Origin: Armatimonadota bacterium
Lineage (GTDB): Bacteria; Armatimonadota; UBA5829; DTLH01
DNA length: 64,000 nt
Assembly (NCBI GenBank): GCA_039679675.1
Contig: JBDKUN010000028.1
Location: forward strand, 64,001-128,000
Reading direction: 5' to 3'
Position 1 is the first letter of the stretch, and the number at the start of each line of letters is the position of its first letter. This document shows positions 1-10,756 of this stretch, piece after piece. The position numbers and the translations under genes were made by a program. The notes beneath the pieces were generated by a model. The model had not been told where the DNA came from, ran no database searches, and was given only the letters and a program-made list of their open reading frames with translations.

Positions 1-1
1 G

Positions 2-514
2 GACGGAATAGAGGCCTGCCGCCTTATCCGTAGAGAGCTGGACATCCCGATCATCATGCTCACAGCCAAATCACGCGAGATAGACAAGGTAGTGGGGCTT
101 GAAGTCGGCGCTGATGACTACGTTACGAAGCCCTTCGGCATGCTCGAACTGATTGCCAGGGTTCGTGCGGCGCTGAGACGGGCCAGAACGGAGGTTCGGA
201 AAAGCGAGATCCTCCGGGCAGGAAATATCGAGATGGATGTTCCAAGCCATGTCGTAAAAGTAGGTGGCAGTCAGGTCGAGCTAAGGCCAAAGGAGTTCGA
301 TCTGCTCCATATGCTGCTCACAAACCGCGGCAGGGTTATGGAGAGGTCAGTGCTTCTGGAGCGTGTCTGGGGTGAGGATGTATATATAGATGCCGGGACT
401 CTCGATGTTCACGTCAGGAGGCTCAGAGAGAAGATCGAGCCGAATCCCGGAGAACCGCGCTATATTATGACTGTCCGCGGTTTGGGCTACAAATTCAGCG
501 AGCAGGAGCCGTGA
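2..514 (+). CDS. OmpR/PhoB-family response regulator (5' truncated by window edge)
   Basis: Frame is open from position 2 ([23 protein letters not shown]...[10 protein letters not shown]); winged-helix C-terminus ([14 protein letters not shown]...TVRGLGY); overlaps the kinase gene. Confidence 0.93.
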   Translation, partial: DGIEACRLIRRELDIPIIMLTAKSREIDKVVGLEVGADDYVTKPFGMLELIARVRAALRRARTEVRKSEILRAGNIEMDVPSHVVKVGGSQVELRPKEFDLLHMLLTNRGRVMERSVLLERVWGEDVYIDAGTLDVHVRRLREKIEPNPGEPRYIMTVRGLGYKFSEQEP

Positions 515-2271
515 TGCGTCGATTTAGGAGTATTCGCTGGAAAATGACCATCGGTCATTTGCTGGTAGTGCTTATAACTGTGGTGCTTCTCGATGCGTAT
601 CTGGAAGATCGCTCTGAAGACCGGTATATTCAGGGGTTTCGCCGACAGCTTCAGCAGGAAGCCAGCTCGCTCGGCGCTGTTATGCTGGATGCAGACCCGG
701 TACGGCTCGAAAAGTTCACAGTTAAAGCTGGAAAAGGTCTCAGACGCCGTATTACAGTTGTTGATCCTGCTGGCCGCGTGCTTGCTGACTCACTCCGTGA
801 CCCTTCCGGTATGCCTTCGCACACTGGCCGCCCTGAAATAGCCGCCGCTCTTTCCACAGGCGACGGATATTCAGTCCGCCACAGCGGTACTCTCGGCTAT
901 GACATGATGTATGTCGCGGTCCGCTGCCGGAATGGCGGGAGGACGATAGTCGTCCGTATATCCGATCCGCTTTCGGATGTGGCCTCCGTCACTTCACATA
1001 TACGAAACACATTTGCAGTTGCAGCGCTGATCGCACTCATAGCCGCCGGTATCGTCAGCTTCAGACTTTCAAGCAGGGTAGTTGCATCAATAGTAGGATT
1101 GACCAACACTGCAAGGCGTATCGCGCGCGGGGATTTCGGACTGAATATCCCGCTGCCTTCCAGCGCAGGGGATGAAGTGGCTGAGCTGGGGCTTACGCTG
1201 AACTCTCTTGCAGCCGAGTTAAGAAGGACCGTCCGCCAGCTTCGTGAGGACAATCGGCAGATGGAGACAGTCTTCGAGAAGACGGATAACGGGCTTATTG
1301 TCCTGGATGAATCGGGACATATTGATGTGATCAATCCTGCCGCAGCCGATATGCTGGCAATCGATAGAAAAAGCGCTGTTGGGCGGACAATTATAGAGGC
1401 TACGTTGAACCATGGGTTTGCGGAGTTGATCGAACGGGTGATGAGGACCAATACTCCTGTGACTATGGAAATCCAGATTGTCATGCAGCCTGAGAGAACA
1501 GCGCGGATCTATGCAACACCACTCGGCGAGGATGATCATTCGGATGGCGTAGTTATAGTCATGCACGATGTTACCGCAGCCCGCAGAGTGGACGAGATGA
1601 GGCGGGACTTCGTTGCGAATGTAAGCCATGAGCTCCGCACTCCGCTTGCCTCCATCCGCGCAATGGCGGAAACGGTCGCGCTCCGAGGGCGGGAAAAACC
1701 GGAAATCGCAAAGGGTTTTTCTGAAGACATCGTAAAAGAGATCGACCGGCTTGTAAGGCTTTCCGATGACCTGCTGGAGATCACAAAAACCGAAGCCGGA
1801 CAGAGACAGCCGAGGGATGAGGAGTTCAGTATACGGGAGGTCGCAGAGGACGCGGCAGCGAAACTGCAGCCCATTACAGAACGCAAAGGTGTCTCTCTTC
1901 AGGTCGATGCTGATCCAGCTGTAGTAGTGCATGGAGACAAAGACGCTATCTGGCAGGTGCTGGTCAACCTGGTAGACAATGCCGTCACCTACACTCCGGC
2001 GGGAGGCAGTGTGACAGTCTCGGTTGATAAACAGGGCGGAATTGTGACGGTGAGTGTAGCCGATACCGGTGCCGGCATCCCAACCGCAGACATCCCCCGC
2101 ATATTCGAGCGGTTCTACAGGGTGGATAAGGCGCGGTCGAGGGCGTCCGGCGGTACAGGGCTGGGTCTTTCAATTGTGAAGCATCTTGTGGAGTCCCACG
2201 GCGGTAAAGTGTCGGTCAAGAGCGAGCTCGGCAAGGGGAGCATCTTCACATTTACAATCCCTGAGAGATAA
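511..2271 (+). CDS. phoR: PhoR-like sensor histidine kinase (TM-HAMP-PAS-HisKA-HATPase)
   Basis: [17 protein letters not shown]-box, [10 protein letters not shown]-box, [26 protein letters not shown]. Confidence 0.85.
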   Translation: MMRRFRSIRWKMTIGHLLVVLITVVLLDAYLEDRSEDRYIQGFRRQLQQEASSLGAVMLDADPVRLEKFTVKAGKGLRRRITVVDPAGRVLADSLRDPSGMPSHTGRPEIAAALSTGDGYSVRHSGTLGYDMMYVAVRCRNGGRTIVVRISDPLSDVASVTSHIRNTFAVAALIALIAAGIVSFRLSSRVVASIVGLTNTARRIARGDFGLNIPLPSSAGDEVAELGLTLNSLAAELRRTVRQLREDNRQMETVFEKTDNGLIVLDESGHIDVINPAAADMLAIDRKSAVGRTIIEATLNHGFAELIERVMRTNTPVTMEIQIVMQPERTARIYATPLGEDDHSDGVVIVMHDVTAARRVDEMRRDFVANVSHELRTPLASIRAMAETVALRGREKPEIAKGFSEDIVKEIDRLVRLSDDLLEITKTEAGQRQPRDEEFSIREVAEDAAAKLQPITERKGVSLQVDADPAVVVHGDKDAIWQVLVNLVDNAVTYTPAGGSVTVSVDKQGGIVTVSVADTGAGIPTADIPRIFERFYRVDKARSRASGGTGLGLSIVKHLVESHGGKVSVKSELGKGSIFTFTIPER

Positions 2272-2421
2272 GCATTGACTGGCTAAGTGAGACGCAGGAT
2301 ATTTATAACTGTATATAGCTTTAAAGCTGTTACAATATCTCCTGAAATTCTTAGTTGTCAACACTCTGGTTTTGGGGTAATATTTGAATGTAAGATATTC
2401 GGATATTCAGGCAGGTTCTAG

Positions 2422-2724
2422 ATGAGTAGATTGTCAAGTCGAGAAACCAGTAAAGTTGGTAAACGCGGAACGATAGTTATTCCGGCAAAGTTGAGGAAAC
2501 GATTCGGGATAGTCGAAGGGTCCCTTATTATCGCCGAAGAAACCGGTAATGGTATACTAATCCGTCCGGCAATCGCTTTGCCTGTGGAAAGCTATTCTCC
2601 CGAAAGGGTCGCGGAGTTCATCTTGTCCAATGCGGTAGACTCTGATGATTATGCTTCAGCGGTTGAGGAGGTAAAGCGGATGGGGCTTGACCCAGAATCT
2701 ATTCCTCATCAGAAGCCGGAGTAA
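2422..2724 (+). CDS. AbrB/MazE/SpoVT-family antitoxin
   Basis: KVGKRGTIVIPAKLRKRFGI AbrB signature; lies directly upstream of a PIN-domain gene. Confidence 0.85.
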   Translation: MSRLSSRETSKVGKRGTIVIPAKLRKRFGIVEGSLIIAEETGNGILIRPAIALPVESYSPERVAEFILSNAVDSDDYASAVEEVKRMGLDPESIPHQKPE

Positions 2725-2731
2725 TAACGGC

Positions 2732-3133
2732 ATGGATAAAGTGTTTCTTGATGCCAATATCCTGTTTTCGGTGGCATACCGACCATACTCACGGCTTATG
2801 AGCCTGTGGTCGCTGAAAGATACGGAACTGGTTACATCTGTTTTCGCTCTGGAAGAAGCACGCCGCAATCTGGCAGCATACAAACCTGACGCATTAGCAT
2901 ATCTGGATAGGCTGACTTGCAGCCTTACGGTAGTTAACTGTTTGGAATCGTCTCTCCCGAAATATATAGGACTGGCAGATAAAGATGTACCGATCCTGGC
3001 CGCTGCGCTACAGGAAAGGTGTTCCCATCTCATAACTGGTGACCATCGACATTTCGGAGAGTATTTCGGACGTTCTATCGAGGGCGTACTAATACTTACT
3101 CCTGCCGAGTATCTCAAAAAACGCTGCAGCTAG
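2732..3133 (+). CDS. PIN-domain (VapC-like) toxin
   Basis: [28 protein letters not shown] acidic PIN motifs; ATG at 2732 preferred over the ORF-track start. Confidence 0.85.
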   Translation: MDKVFLDANILFSVAYRPYSRLMSLWSLKDTELVTSVFALEEARRNLAAYKPDALAYLDRLTCSLTVVNCLESSLPKYIGLADKDVPILAAALQERCSHLITGDHRHFGEYFGRSIEGVLILTPAEYLKKRCS

Positions 3134-3143
3134 TGCTCAACAG

Positions 3144-3236
3144 AAACCGCTAATCGAATTACATAGCGGTAAAGCGTCTGTGAAAAGCGAGCTCGGCAAA
3201 GGCAGTATCTTCACGTTCACAATCCCTCCGAAATAG
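3144..3236 (+). pseudogene. Duplicated 3' end of phoR (orphan ~30 codons)
   Basis: Translates [30 protein letters not shown] versus PhoR C-terminus [30 protein letters not shown]. Confidence 0.85.
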
Positions 3237-3242
3237 GGATGA

Positions 3243-3263
3243 GGGAGAGGCCGCACCTCTCCC
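3243..3263. terminator. Hairpin between convergent genes
   Basis: gggagagg-ccgca-cctctccc. Confidence 0.55.
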
Positions 3264-3268
3264 GGCAC

Positions 3269-3928
3269 TTACTTTCGCCGCCTGATGAAACCCGCCATCA
3301 GAGCACCTAATCCAGAAGCCAGTGCGGCCAGAGATCCAGGTTCAGGGACGGTTCCATTCAGCGTTACATTATCCAGCGATCCTGTGTCCGAACCGGTGCG
3401 GTATTCACCCCTTATTCGGATAGATGAGATCGACGATAGCACAGTGTTTATATTGCTGCTTGTCGCTGCAGCTCCGTTGACCGTCCAGCCCGCACCCTGA
3501 GCCAGGTTCACGGAGTAATGCGTCCATGTAGCTTTCGGGTTATAGGATGTGTTGAATACCATTGTGACCCCGCTGCCGGTGATTACAATGTCATCCGCTT
3601 CAAACTGGCTGTCAATCGGGGTCTGTATCAAGTCAAAATCCAAAGTGCATCCGTAAGCTGCGGATTTATTTCCGAGGAATTTGCTCGGTGCGCTCCAGTA
3701 CCATACTCCGCCCTGAACATCATCAGTGGCATATACAAACCCGCCGGTATTGCCTCCTGTGGCTGCCCAATTTGGGTCACTGGACCCTTGCTGGGCATCG
3801 CCGGTTATTTTCCAACCTTCCCTATCGCTGTCAAAAGTGCTCGACGCCAGCACACCGCATTGTGCCATGGAAGCGGACAGCAACATAAGTACGGCCGCGA
3901 CAGACACTACTTTACACACCCTTACCAT
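3269..3928 (-). CDS. Secreted laminin-B (domain IV)-like protein with PEP-CTERM sorting signal
   Basis: Signal peptide; WYWSAPSKFLGNKSAAYG laminin-B-like motif; C-terminal VPEPGSL-hydrophobic-RRRK; SD GAGGAG before ATG at 3928. Confidence 0.85.
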   Translation of the reverse strand: MVRVCKVVSVAAVLMLLSASMAQCGVLASSTFDSDREGWKITGDAQQGSSDPNWAATGGNTGGFVYATDDVQGGVWYWSAPSKFLGNKSAAYGCTLDFDLIQTPIDSQFEADDIVITGSGVTMVFNTSYNPKATWTHYSVNLAQGAGWTVNGAAATSSNINTVLSSISSIRIRGEYRTGSDTGSLDNVTLNGTVPEPGSLAALASGLGALMAGFIRRRK

Positions 3929-3994
3929 CAATATCTCCTCACTGACAGTTCTCAGCGATTGCCGGAACTTCACCAGTATTTCTACTGGTGCCGG

Positions 3995-4011
3995 TGCAAG
4001 TTTTGTGCCAA
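3995..4011 (-). promoter_or_regulatory. Sigma-54 (-24/-12) promoter of the PEP-CTERM gene
   Basis: Minus strand TTGGCACAAAACTTGCA matches TGGCAC-N5-TTGC. Confidence 0.8.
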
Positions 4012-4077
4012 TCGAGCTTATTGTAGCCGTATGGGCCTTTGGATTTCCAGGGCTGCAGCTGAATGTGTGTCTACAAT

Positions 4078-6135
4078 CTATCTGCTGGTGTAATCTATCC
4101 GATATGCTGTACGCGGTGCAGCGTCTATCGTGAGTTTTCCGTTTTTTAGCGCAATGGAGGGTTTTTCGGTCCCGTCCGGAAGAGAAACTTTCATTTTCTT
4201 TGCATCTTCCCAGGATTTCGGCACATCCATCGTTATTCTGCCGCCGTTTCGCGAGTAGACGGCTATCCTGCTGTCGGAAAGGCGCATCATCGTGCTGAAA
4301 TTCGATGCTATGGTAGTGCCGTCCTGCACGATGCGGTAGCTGGACTTTTCCTTATTGACCTCTACATAGTTGTCCGAATCGTAGCTTACCCGCTCGACCG
4401 AACCATTCCTCTCGTAGCCGGTTATCTCGCGGTTGGTAAACCCGCTCAGGGGAAGGGTGGCCAGATAGTACAGGTCGGTTATCTCCGCGTCCGTTGTGGA
4501 CTTGCCAAACTCCGCGCTGACGGCCCAGCCGTTAAGGAGGAGGTCCAGAATATCTTTGTTAGTAGCAGCAGTATCGCTTATAATGACTTTTCCGTGGTAG
4601 ATCATCGAGACCAAAGGTATTCGTTCTTCACTAGACCACGCGGAGTCGCGGTTCCTGTTGATCCGCCTGTAATAGCTTACTTTAGCGGCGAACGGGGAGG
4701 TAAACATGTTCGAAATGACATCTATCCCCAGCTTGTTGAACTCCGAGATTATGCTGAGTTTACCCAATAAGCAAATCTGCCTGTTCGACGGCGATTTGGG
4801 GTTGAAATCCACTCTCTCAGGATCGTCCGAGAATCTCTCCAGGCATATCGTCTTCTCTATACCGAGCGAATTTACCGTTTTTCCAGCCCGCTCACGCGCA
4901 GTTTTGGTATATTTCGCTGGGCTGATGGCGTAACCTGGGCCAAGCCCTGCCGCCGGTTCGCCGCGAAAGTCCTTCGCGATCAGTGACTCGTCCCAGTTCG
5001 GGTTCTCTTTTTCCAGAGTGCTGTAGTTGTCGGCTATGCTGACGGTTGCATTCTCGAGTTTTGCCTGTTGGATCAGGCTTGCTACATAGTTAGCTCCTAT
5101 GCCGGGATCACCGGCCAAGCGCTTCCAACCGGATAGGTAAACCACCTGCTTCGCTCCACCGGTGATCCGGTTGACGCGGCGGATCAAATCAATTACCTCG
5201 CTCTGGTTCATGCAAGCCGTTCCGTCCGGGCTCCCCAGCATAATGCTGTAGATGAAGCTGCCGGAGTATATGCTGTTTATGTTCCTCGGCGCGGTGTCTC
5301 GAACAATCGCCGCGCCTGCGGTCCAATCGAGGGGCTTATCTCCCTTGGGCTCAATAATTGTTACCGTGCAGGAAGAATCGCTCTGCACTAGGAAGATGAG
5401 CGGCGGTTTGTCTGCCTTAGCCCGTTTGATAAACTCCACCGAGAGCTCACCGGACTTCGGGCCGATACCGATCTTCGAGATTATATTGTCGTCAGGGGAG
5501 CCGAGTGACACCAGCCCGAGCATTCTGTCGTGGTAGACCATCCCGATCGGGGCGATGTTGGTCGAATCGACCATGTGCGTCATCTCGACAGGACTGGCTT
5601 TTGCCACATCCACCAGCCGCCCGGATGAGTAAGGCATGGCAAGCCTGGCTCCCGTTTGAGACTCCGTGACCGAGATGAGCGGCAGTTTTATGGATGACAT
5701 TCTGAAACTTCCCAGCTCCTGCAGCAGCCTGGATGTTACAGTAAGCCTGTCTCCTGCAAGTGAGAAGATCAGTTCGAACTCGACTGTGGGCTTATCCATC
5801 CAAAGCAAGCTGCAGTGATACACAGCAACCGATGGGCTTGAACTGACCGTATATTCCATCTTTCCTTTTTCTGAGCGTGAGGATTTATAGCTTCCGTCTT
5901 TACCGTCGTAGATGATCACCTCGGGTTCACTTCTGTCTACGGCGCCCCAAAGGCAAGATTCATCCCCCGACTTTGAGGTAGACTTATACGAAACTATTAC
6001 CGGCCGCGAGGGTTCGAGTGAGACTTGAATCGCAGGCGATAAGAGTTTTATTACCTTTTCAGTGATCGCTGGCTCGCCCCAGGCTGCATGCGCACACAGC
6101 AATAATAGAAATAATCCGGTCAGGATGTTCTTCAT
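4078..6135 (-). CDS. Secreted protein, distant GH101/endo-alpha-N-acetylgalactosaminidase-like
   Basis: Signal peptide MKNILTGLFLLLLCAHAAWG; IRRVNRITGGAKQVVYLSGW and IPLVSMIYHG resemble GH101/GH129-type barrels. Confidence 0.5.
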   Translation of the reverse strand: MKNILTGLFLLLLCAHAAWGEPAITEKVIKLLSPAIQVSLEPSRPVIVSYKSTSKSGDESCLWGAVDRSEPEVIIYDGKDGSYKSSRSEKGKMEYTVSSSPSVAVYHCSLLWMDKPTVEFELIFSLAGDRLTVTSRLLQELGSFRMSSIKLPLISVTESQTGARLAMPYSSGRLVDVAKASPVEMTHMVDSTNIAPIGMVYHDRMLGLVSLGSPDDNIISKIGIGPKSGELSVEFIKRAKADKPPLIFLVQSDSSCTVTIIEPKGDKPLDWTAGAAIVRDTAPRNINSIYSGSFIYSIMLGSPDGTACMNQSEVIDLIRRVNRITGGAKQVVYLSGWKRLAGDPGIGANYVASLIQQAKLENATVSIADNYSTLEKENPNWDESLIAKDFRGEPAAGLGPGYAISPAKYTKTARERAGKTVNSLGIEKTICLERFSDDPERVDFNPKSPSNRQICLLGKLSIISEFNKLGIDVISNMFTSPFAAKVSYYRRINRNRDSAWSSEERIPLVSMIYHGKVIISDTAATNKDILDLLLNGWAVSAEFGKSTTDAEITDLYYLATLPLSGFTNREITGYERNGSVERVSYDSDNYVEVNKEKSSYRIVQDGTTIASNFSTMMRLSDSRIAVYSRNGGRITMDVPKSWEDAKKMKVSLPDGTEKPSIALKNGKLTIDAAPRTAYRIDYTSR

Positions 6136-6255
6136 CTGTTGACAACAGGCGCTAAAGCACCTGCCCTCCATATTGATCAGACTGTCGATATCGGTCTTGC
6201 GTTCCGTTTGAATACGGTTTATAGCATTATGCCATGAATTTTCAGCGATTCCGCG

Positions 6256-6284
6256 TTGACGGAGAGACAGACCTAAGGTATAAT
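6256..6284 (+). promoter_or_regulatory. Sigma-70 promoter upstream of rpoZ
   Basis: TTGACG-17 nt-TATAAT. Confidence 0.75.
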
Positions 6285-6363
6285 TGTAAGGTTCAGAAGT
6301 TTCGCACAGCCGGGTATAACCGGCTGGTTCAGGAATCTCGGCAAGAGGTGATAATAGACCAAT

Positions 6364-6798
6364 ATGATTTATCCGCACGCAGATCGACTGGAGGACCAGG
6401 TCAAAAGCAGATATACACTGGTAGTTCTCGCGGCAAAAAGGGCGAAGCAGCTTCGTGACGGCGCTTCAAAGCTTATAGAGACAACTTCGACTAACCCGCT
6501 GACTATCGCGCTCGAAGAAATTGCAGCCGGTAAGGTGATCCCCGAAGTTGCATCACATGACGAAGTCCCGGCAAGAGCGATCGAGCCGGAGCTTGAAGCT
6601 GCAGCTGGTATGGAGACAGCCCAGGAAGAGGCCGCCGAGCTTACAGCAGAGGCTCCTTCGGTAGTAGACGAGGCAGCACGGATAGCAGAGCTATTGAAAG
6701 TGCCCGGTACGGACGAAGAGGCCGCCGAAGAGGAATCGGATACGGACACCGAGTCTGCATCCGAAGAGGAAGCCCAACCAGACCAGGCGGAGGAGTAG
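6364..6798 (+). CDS. rpoZ: RNA polymerase omega subunit with acidic C-terminal tail
   Basis: SRYTLVVLAAKRAKQL...NPLTIALEEIAAGK. Confidence 0.93.
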   Translation: MIYPHADRLEDQVKSRYTLVVLAAKRAKQLRDGASKLIETTSTNPLTIALEEIAAGKVIPEVASHDEVPARAIEPELEAAAGMETAQEEAAELTAEAPSVVDEAARIAELLKVPGTDEEAAEEESDTDTESASEEEAQPDQAEE

Positions 6799-6844
6799 CT
6801 TTTAGCTGTCATCTTTGACTTGCGAATTGCTCGAATGGATCAGT

Positions 6845-6867
6845 GGCCGGGCTCTGTCCCGGCCTTT
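6845..6867 (+). terminator. Putative intrinsic terminator after rpoZ
   Basis: ggccggg-ctctgt-cccggcc followed by ttt. Confidence 0.5.
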
Positions 6868-6999
6868 CGCATACCCGGCGAGTCCTTTCCCGGCTGATAC
6901 TCTATAACCTGCCCCATGGGCGGGAGAGAATGAATTGAAGACAAATCTACGCAATATTTAGAAAGCCGATAGCTGAAAACTGTCGGCTTCACAGTTACT

Positions 7000-8148
7000 A
7001 TGGCAGAAAAAAGAGATTATTACGAAGTCCTGGGCGTCTCCAAGACAGCAACCCAGGATGAGATAAAAAAGGCATACAGGCGGCTTGCCAGAAAGCATCA
7101 CCCGGACGTGAATCCGGGCGATGACACGGCTGAAACCAGGTTCAAGGAGATCAACGAGGCGTACGAGGTCCTTTCCGACACCGAAAAGCGCGGAATGTAC
7201 GACCAGTTCGGCCACAGCGGGGTAAACGGAGGGGCTAACGGCTATCCGCCGGGTTACGGCGGCTTCTCTGTAGACTTCGGCGGCTTCGGAGACATCTTCG
7301 ATATGTTCTTCGGCACAGGTGCGCGCCAGACTGCGAGTGAAAGGCCGGTGGCGGAGCGCGGTGCGGACCTTCGTTACGACATCGAACTTACTCTTGAGGA
7401 AGCCGCGACCGGAGTCGAGAAGAAAATCAAGCTTTCCAAGCTGGAAACCTGTGAAGTGTGCCACGGCACAGGCGCAGCAGAGGGCAGTTCCGTCGAAACA
7501 TGCCCGACCTGCCACGGAGCAGGCCAGGTTCGCCAGCAGCAGCAGACTTTCCTCGGGACTCAGGTCAGGATAATTACCTGCCCCAGGTGCGGAGGAGTGG
7601 GACATATTATAACCAACCCCTGCAAGGAATGCGGCGGACAGGGCCGGGTGAGACGTGTCACCGAGAAAGTCGTGAGAATTCCTGCGGGCGTCGATGACGG
7701 CACGAGAATCCGCATCCCCGGAGGAGGCGAGGCAGGAACAAGAGGCGGCTCTTATGGCGACCTGTACATCGTCACCTTCATCAAACAGCATGATATCTTC
7801 GAGCGGCGCGGTGACGACCTGTGGCGTGAGGTCCAGATACCGTTCACACAGGCTGTGCTCGGCGCGACGATCAAAATAAAGACACTGGACGGCGAAGAGA
7901 ACCTTCACATAGACGCAGGCACTCAGCATGACGAGGTCTACACGCTTCGCGGGAAGGGAATGCCTGACCCAAGGAGCCACGGCAAAGGTGATCTGAACGT
8001 CGTGGTGAAGATAAAGATACCGACAAAGCTTTCGGAAGACGAGAAAAACCTGCTGAAGCAGTTTGCCGAGATGCGGGGCGAAGAAGTCGGCGGCCATGAA
8101 GAAAAAGGATTCTTTGAGAGAGTGAGGGACGCGCTGGGCGGAAAATGA
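7000..8148 (+). CDS. dnaJ: Chaperone DnaJ
   Basis: J domain with HPD, G/F-rich region, four CxxCxGxG repeats. Confidence 0.97.
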   Translation: MAEKRDYYEVLGVSKTATQDEIKKAYRRLARKHHPDVNPGDDTAETRFKEINEAYEVLSDTEKRGMYDQFGHSGVNGGANGYPPGYGGFSVDFGGFGDIFDMFFGTGARQTASERPVAERGADLRYDIELTLEEAATGVEKKIKLSKLETCEVCHGTGAAEGSSVETCPTCHGAGQVRQQQQTFLGTQVRIITCPRCGGVGHIITNPCKECGGQGRVRRVTEKVVRIPAGVDDGTRIRIPGGGEAGTRGGSYGDLYIVTFIKQHDIFERRGDDLWREVQIPFTQAVLGATIKIKTLDGEENLHIDAGTQHDEVYTLRGKGMPDPRSHGKGDLNVVVKIKIPTKLSEDEKNLLKQFAEMRGEEVGGHEEKGFFERVRDALGGK

Positions 8149-9059
8149 GATGGGCTGAGATCGAGGTAGTTGTAACTGAAGAGGCGGCTGACCTGGTGGC
8201 CAACATTTTGATAGAGGAAGGATGCGGAGGGGCAGCCATAAAGGGTCCCTCCGTTCGCGCTTCGGGGCCTTATGAGCTTTCCGACCACCTTCCAACCGAA
8301 GGGCCGACAGTGCTTACAGCCTATCTGCCGGTGGATGACCGGCTGGAAGGAAAGCTCGAGAACATCTGTGACAGGGTGAGAGCTCTTCCAGAAACCGGAG
8401 TGGACATCGGACTGGGTGAGATCAACGTGAAGCGAGTCGATGAGGCCGATTGGGCGACTGCCTGGAAGTCTTTCTTCAAAGCGGTAGAGATTGGGAAAGT
8501 CCTCATCAAACCGAGCTGGGAAGATGTGGAAACGAAGCCAGAGCAGGTGGTTGTGGAAATCGACCCGGGAATGGCGTTTGGTACCGGAAACCACCCGACG
8601 ACCCAGCTCTGCATGCTCGCGCTCCAGAAATACATTAAAGGTGGAGAGAGAGTCCTCGACGTCGGGACCGGCTCAGGGGTCCTTGCGATAGCCGCGGCGA
8701 AGCTCGGGGCGAGTGAAGTCTACTCTACCGAAAATGACCCCGTGGCAGTGGGAGCCGCAGTCGAAAATGTACGGCGAAATGGGGTAAATAATAAGGTACA
8801 GGTGGAGCTCTCGGAGTCTCCATCGAGCGCGCCGGGGCCGTTCGATCTTGTAGTTGCGAATATTACGGCAACCATAATCCTTGGGATGGCCGAAGACATC
8901 GCAAACGCCGCAAAACCCGGCGGGCTTTTGATAACATCGGGCCTGATCGAGTCCAGATCGGACGAAGTAGCCGGAAGGTTCATGGAACTGGGTTTCGAGA
9001 TGGTCGAAAAGGGTGTAGATGACGAGTGGGTCATATTCGTGATGCGAAAGAAGCAGTAG
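8145..9059 (+). CDS. prmA: Ribosomal protein L11 methyltransferase
   Basis: [32 protein letters not shown]; follows dnaJ. Confidence 0.96.
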   Translation: MRWAEIEVVVTEEAADLVANILIEEGCGGAAIKGPSVRASGPYELSDHLPTEGPTVLTAYLPVDDRLEGKLENICDRVRALPETGVDIGLGEINVKRVDEADWATAWKSFFKAVEIGKVLIKPSWEDVETKPEQVVVEIDPGMAFGTGNHPTTQLCMLALQKYIKGGERVLDVGTGSGVLAIAAAKLGASEVYSTENDPVAVGAAVENVRRNGVNNKVQVELSESPSSAPGPFDLVVANITATIILGMAEDIANAAKPGGLLITSGLIESRSDEVAGRFMELGFEMVEKGVDDEWVIFVMRKKQ

Positions 9060-9084
9060 TTTTCATAGATTAATTTAGGTAGGT

Positions 9085-9291
9085 TATCTATCTTTGGGAC
9101 AGACAAAGTGAGCGTATATGATGATTCTTCTTTGGAGTGTGGAAGCGACAACTTCCACTTTAACTCATGATCGCATATGGACATATAGGAAGCGATAGCT
9201 TCCGCAGATTGAAGCAGATAGATTACTTACTTAGCCAAATTATAAGGGAATGCCGATAGAAAAGCGGAAGCTAATGCTTCCGCACTCCAAA
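9085..9291. repeat. Direct repeat copy 1: RAYT 3' tail fragment plus REPIN (REPIN 9131-9291)
   Basis: TTTGGAGTGTGGAAGC...GCTTCCGCACTCCAAA inverted termini, three GGAAGC-n-(G/A)CTTCC hairpins; near-identical to 9791-9998. Confidence 0.9.
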
Positions 9292-9306
9292 GAGATCGGA
9301 GCAAAA

Positions 9307-9876
9307 ATGATAAGTTGGCCGCATTCACCGGCACATGCTCTGGGTGAGCAAGGTGCCTACATTATAACTGCAGGCACATATCAAAAGCAGCACCTTTTTA
9401 GAGGCTCTGATCGTCTATCAATTCTACATAATAACTTGCTGAAGTTTGTTAAAGAATACAAATGGCAGTTGCAGGCATGGGCGATATTCAGCAATCATTA
9501 CCATTTTGTAGCTATGTCGCCGGAGGATTCGCTATCCCTAAGCGAAATGATAAAACGGCTGCATTCAGTGACGGCTGTAGAGCTGAATAGAATTGATAAT
9601 GCATCCGGCAGGCAAGTATGGTACCAATATTGGGATACTCATCTGACTTTCGAGAAATCTTATATGGCTCGCCTGAACTATGTGCATCAGAACCCTGTTA
9701 AACATGGTATTGTGCAGATAGCCAGTAAATACCCGTGGTGTTCTGCTCGCTGGTTCGAGGAAAAGGCAGATCCGGCTTTTGTTAAGGCAGTATCTACCTT
9801 TAAGACAGACAAAGTGAGCGTATATGATGTTTTTTATTTGGAGTGTGGAAGCGACAGCTTCCACTTTAACTCATGA
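9307..9876 (+). mobile_element. REP-associated tyrosine transposase (RAYT/TnpA-REP, HUH Y1)
   Basis: YIITAGT, NHYH (HUH), VWYQYWD, YVHQNPVKHG, YPWCS motifs; flanked by REP palindromes. Confidence 0.9.
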
Positions 9877-9998
9877 TCGTATATGTACACATATAGGAAG
9901 CGTTAGCTTCCGTAGGTTGAAGCAGATAGATTACTTATTTAGCCGAATTATAAGCGAATGTCGATAGAAAAGCGGAAGCATAGCTTCCGCACTCCAAA
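9791..9998. repeat. Direct repeat copy 2: RAYT 3' end plus REPIN (REPIN 9837-9998)
   Basis: Same organisation as 9085-9291; ends 2 nt before the rsmE ATG. Confidence 0.9.
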
Positions 9999-10000
9999 CT

Positions 10001-10756
10001 ATGTCAACCGAAAAACAGTTGCACAGGTTTTTTATAAGGGCTGAATGCTTTTCTGATGGCAAGGTCAAGATTGACGGGGCCGATGCAAGGCAGATATACA
10101 CAGTTCTGCGACTTGGCCCCGGAGATAAGCTCGCTGCCGTCGACGGAAAAGGCTGTATGCTCACCGTTCAGATATCCGAAATAAACGCGCTCGAAGTCGT
10201 CGGCGACGTAGTCGACACCTGCCCACTGGACACCGAACCTTCCATCAAATTGACCCTCGCAGCCGCCCTCCCAAAAGGAGACAAGCTTGAGTTTGTGATC
10301 CAGAAGGGTACAGAACTAGGGGTGGCGAAATTTCATGTAATATCGACGGCGAGGACGATCCCGAAAATTGCTCCCGGTAAAGTCGAACGCAAGCTTTCCC
10401 GGTGGAAAGCCATTGCAGAAGAAGCAGCGGAGCAGTCCTGCAGGGCAATCGTGCCGGAGATCGAAGGCATCACGGCTTTAGATCAGTTCATTCCGTCGAT
10501 AGCTGACTATGATCTCGCCGTCTGTTTCTGGGAAGACGAAAAAGAAACGGGGATCAAGGAAGTTCTGGCAAAGCACCGGTCTGTAAAAAATATTTTAATC
10601 ATTGTAGGACCGGAAGGTGGTTTTGAAGAAAAAGAAGTAAAGACGTTGGTAGCCGGTGGAGCCGTGACGGCATCTCTTGGACGGCGGGTCTTCAGATGTG
10701 AGACAGCAGCCATCGCCGCCTCGGCAATTGTCCTATATGAAATGGAGACACAGTGA
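10001..10756 (+). CDS. rsmE: 16S rRNA m3U1498 methyltransferase
   Basis: [36 protein letters not shown]. Confidence 0.95.
   Translation: MSTEKQLHRFFIRAECFSDGKVKIDGADARQIYTVLRLGPGDKLAAVDGKGCMLTVQISEINALEVVGDVVDTCPLDTEPSIKLTLAAALPKGDKLEFVIQKGTELGVAKFHVISTARTIPKIAPGKVERKLSRWKAIAEEAAEQSCRAIVPEIEGITALDQFIPSIADYDLAVCFWEDEKETGIKEVLAKHRSVKNILIIVGPEGGFEEKEVKTLVAGGAVTASLGRRVFRCETAAIAASAIVLYEMETQ

Noticed and set aside
6958..8295. Long antisense ORFs (also 10852-11727, 29037-30185, 38044-39372, 50141-51175, 53356-54354, 59549-60469)
   Set aside because: They shadow well-supported genes on the opposite strand and have no recognisable motifs.
9085..9998. CRISPR array
   Set aside because: The repeats are REP palindromes in two long direct repeats, with no regular repeat-spacer period and no cas genes in the window.
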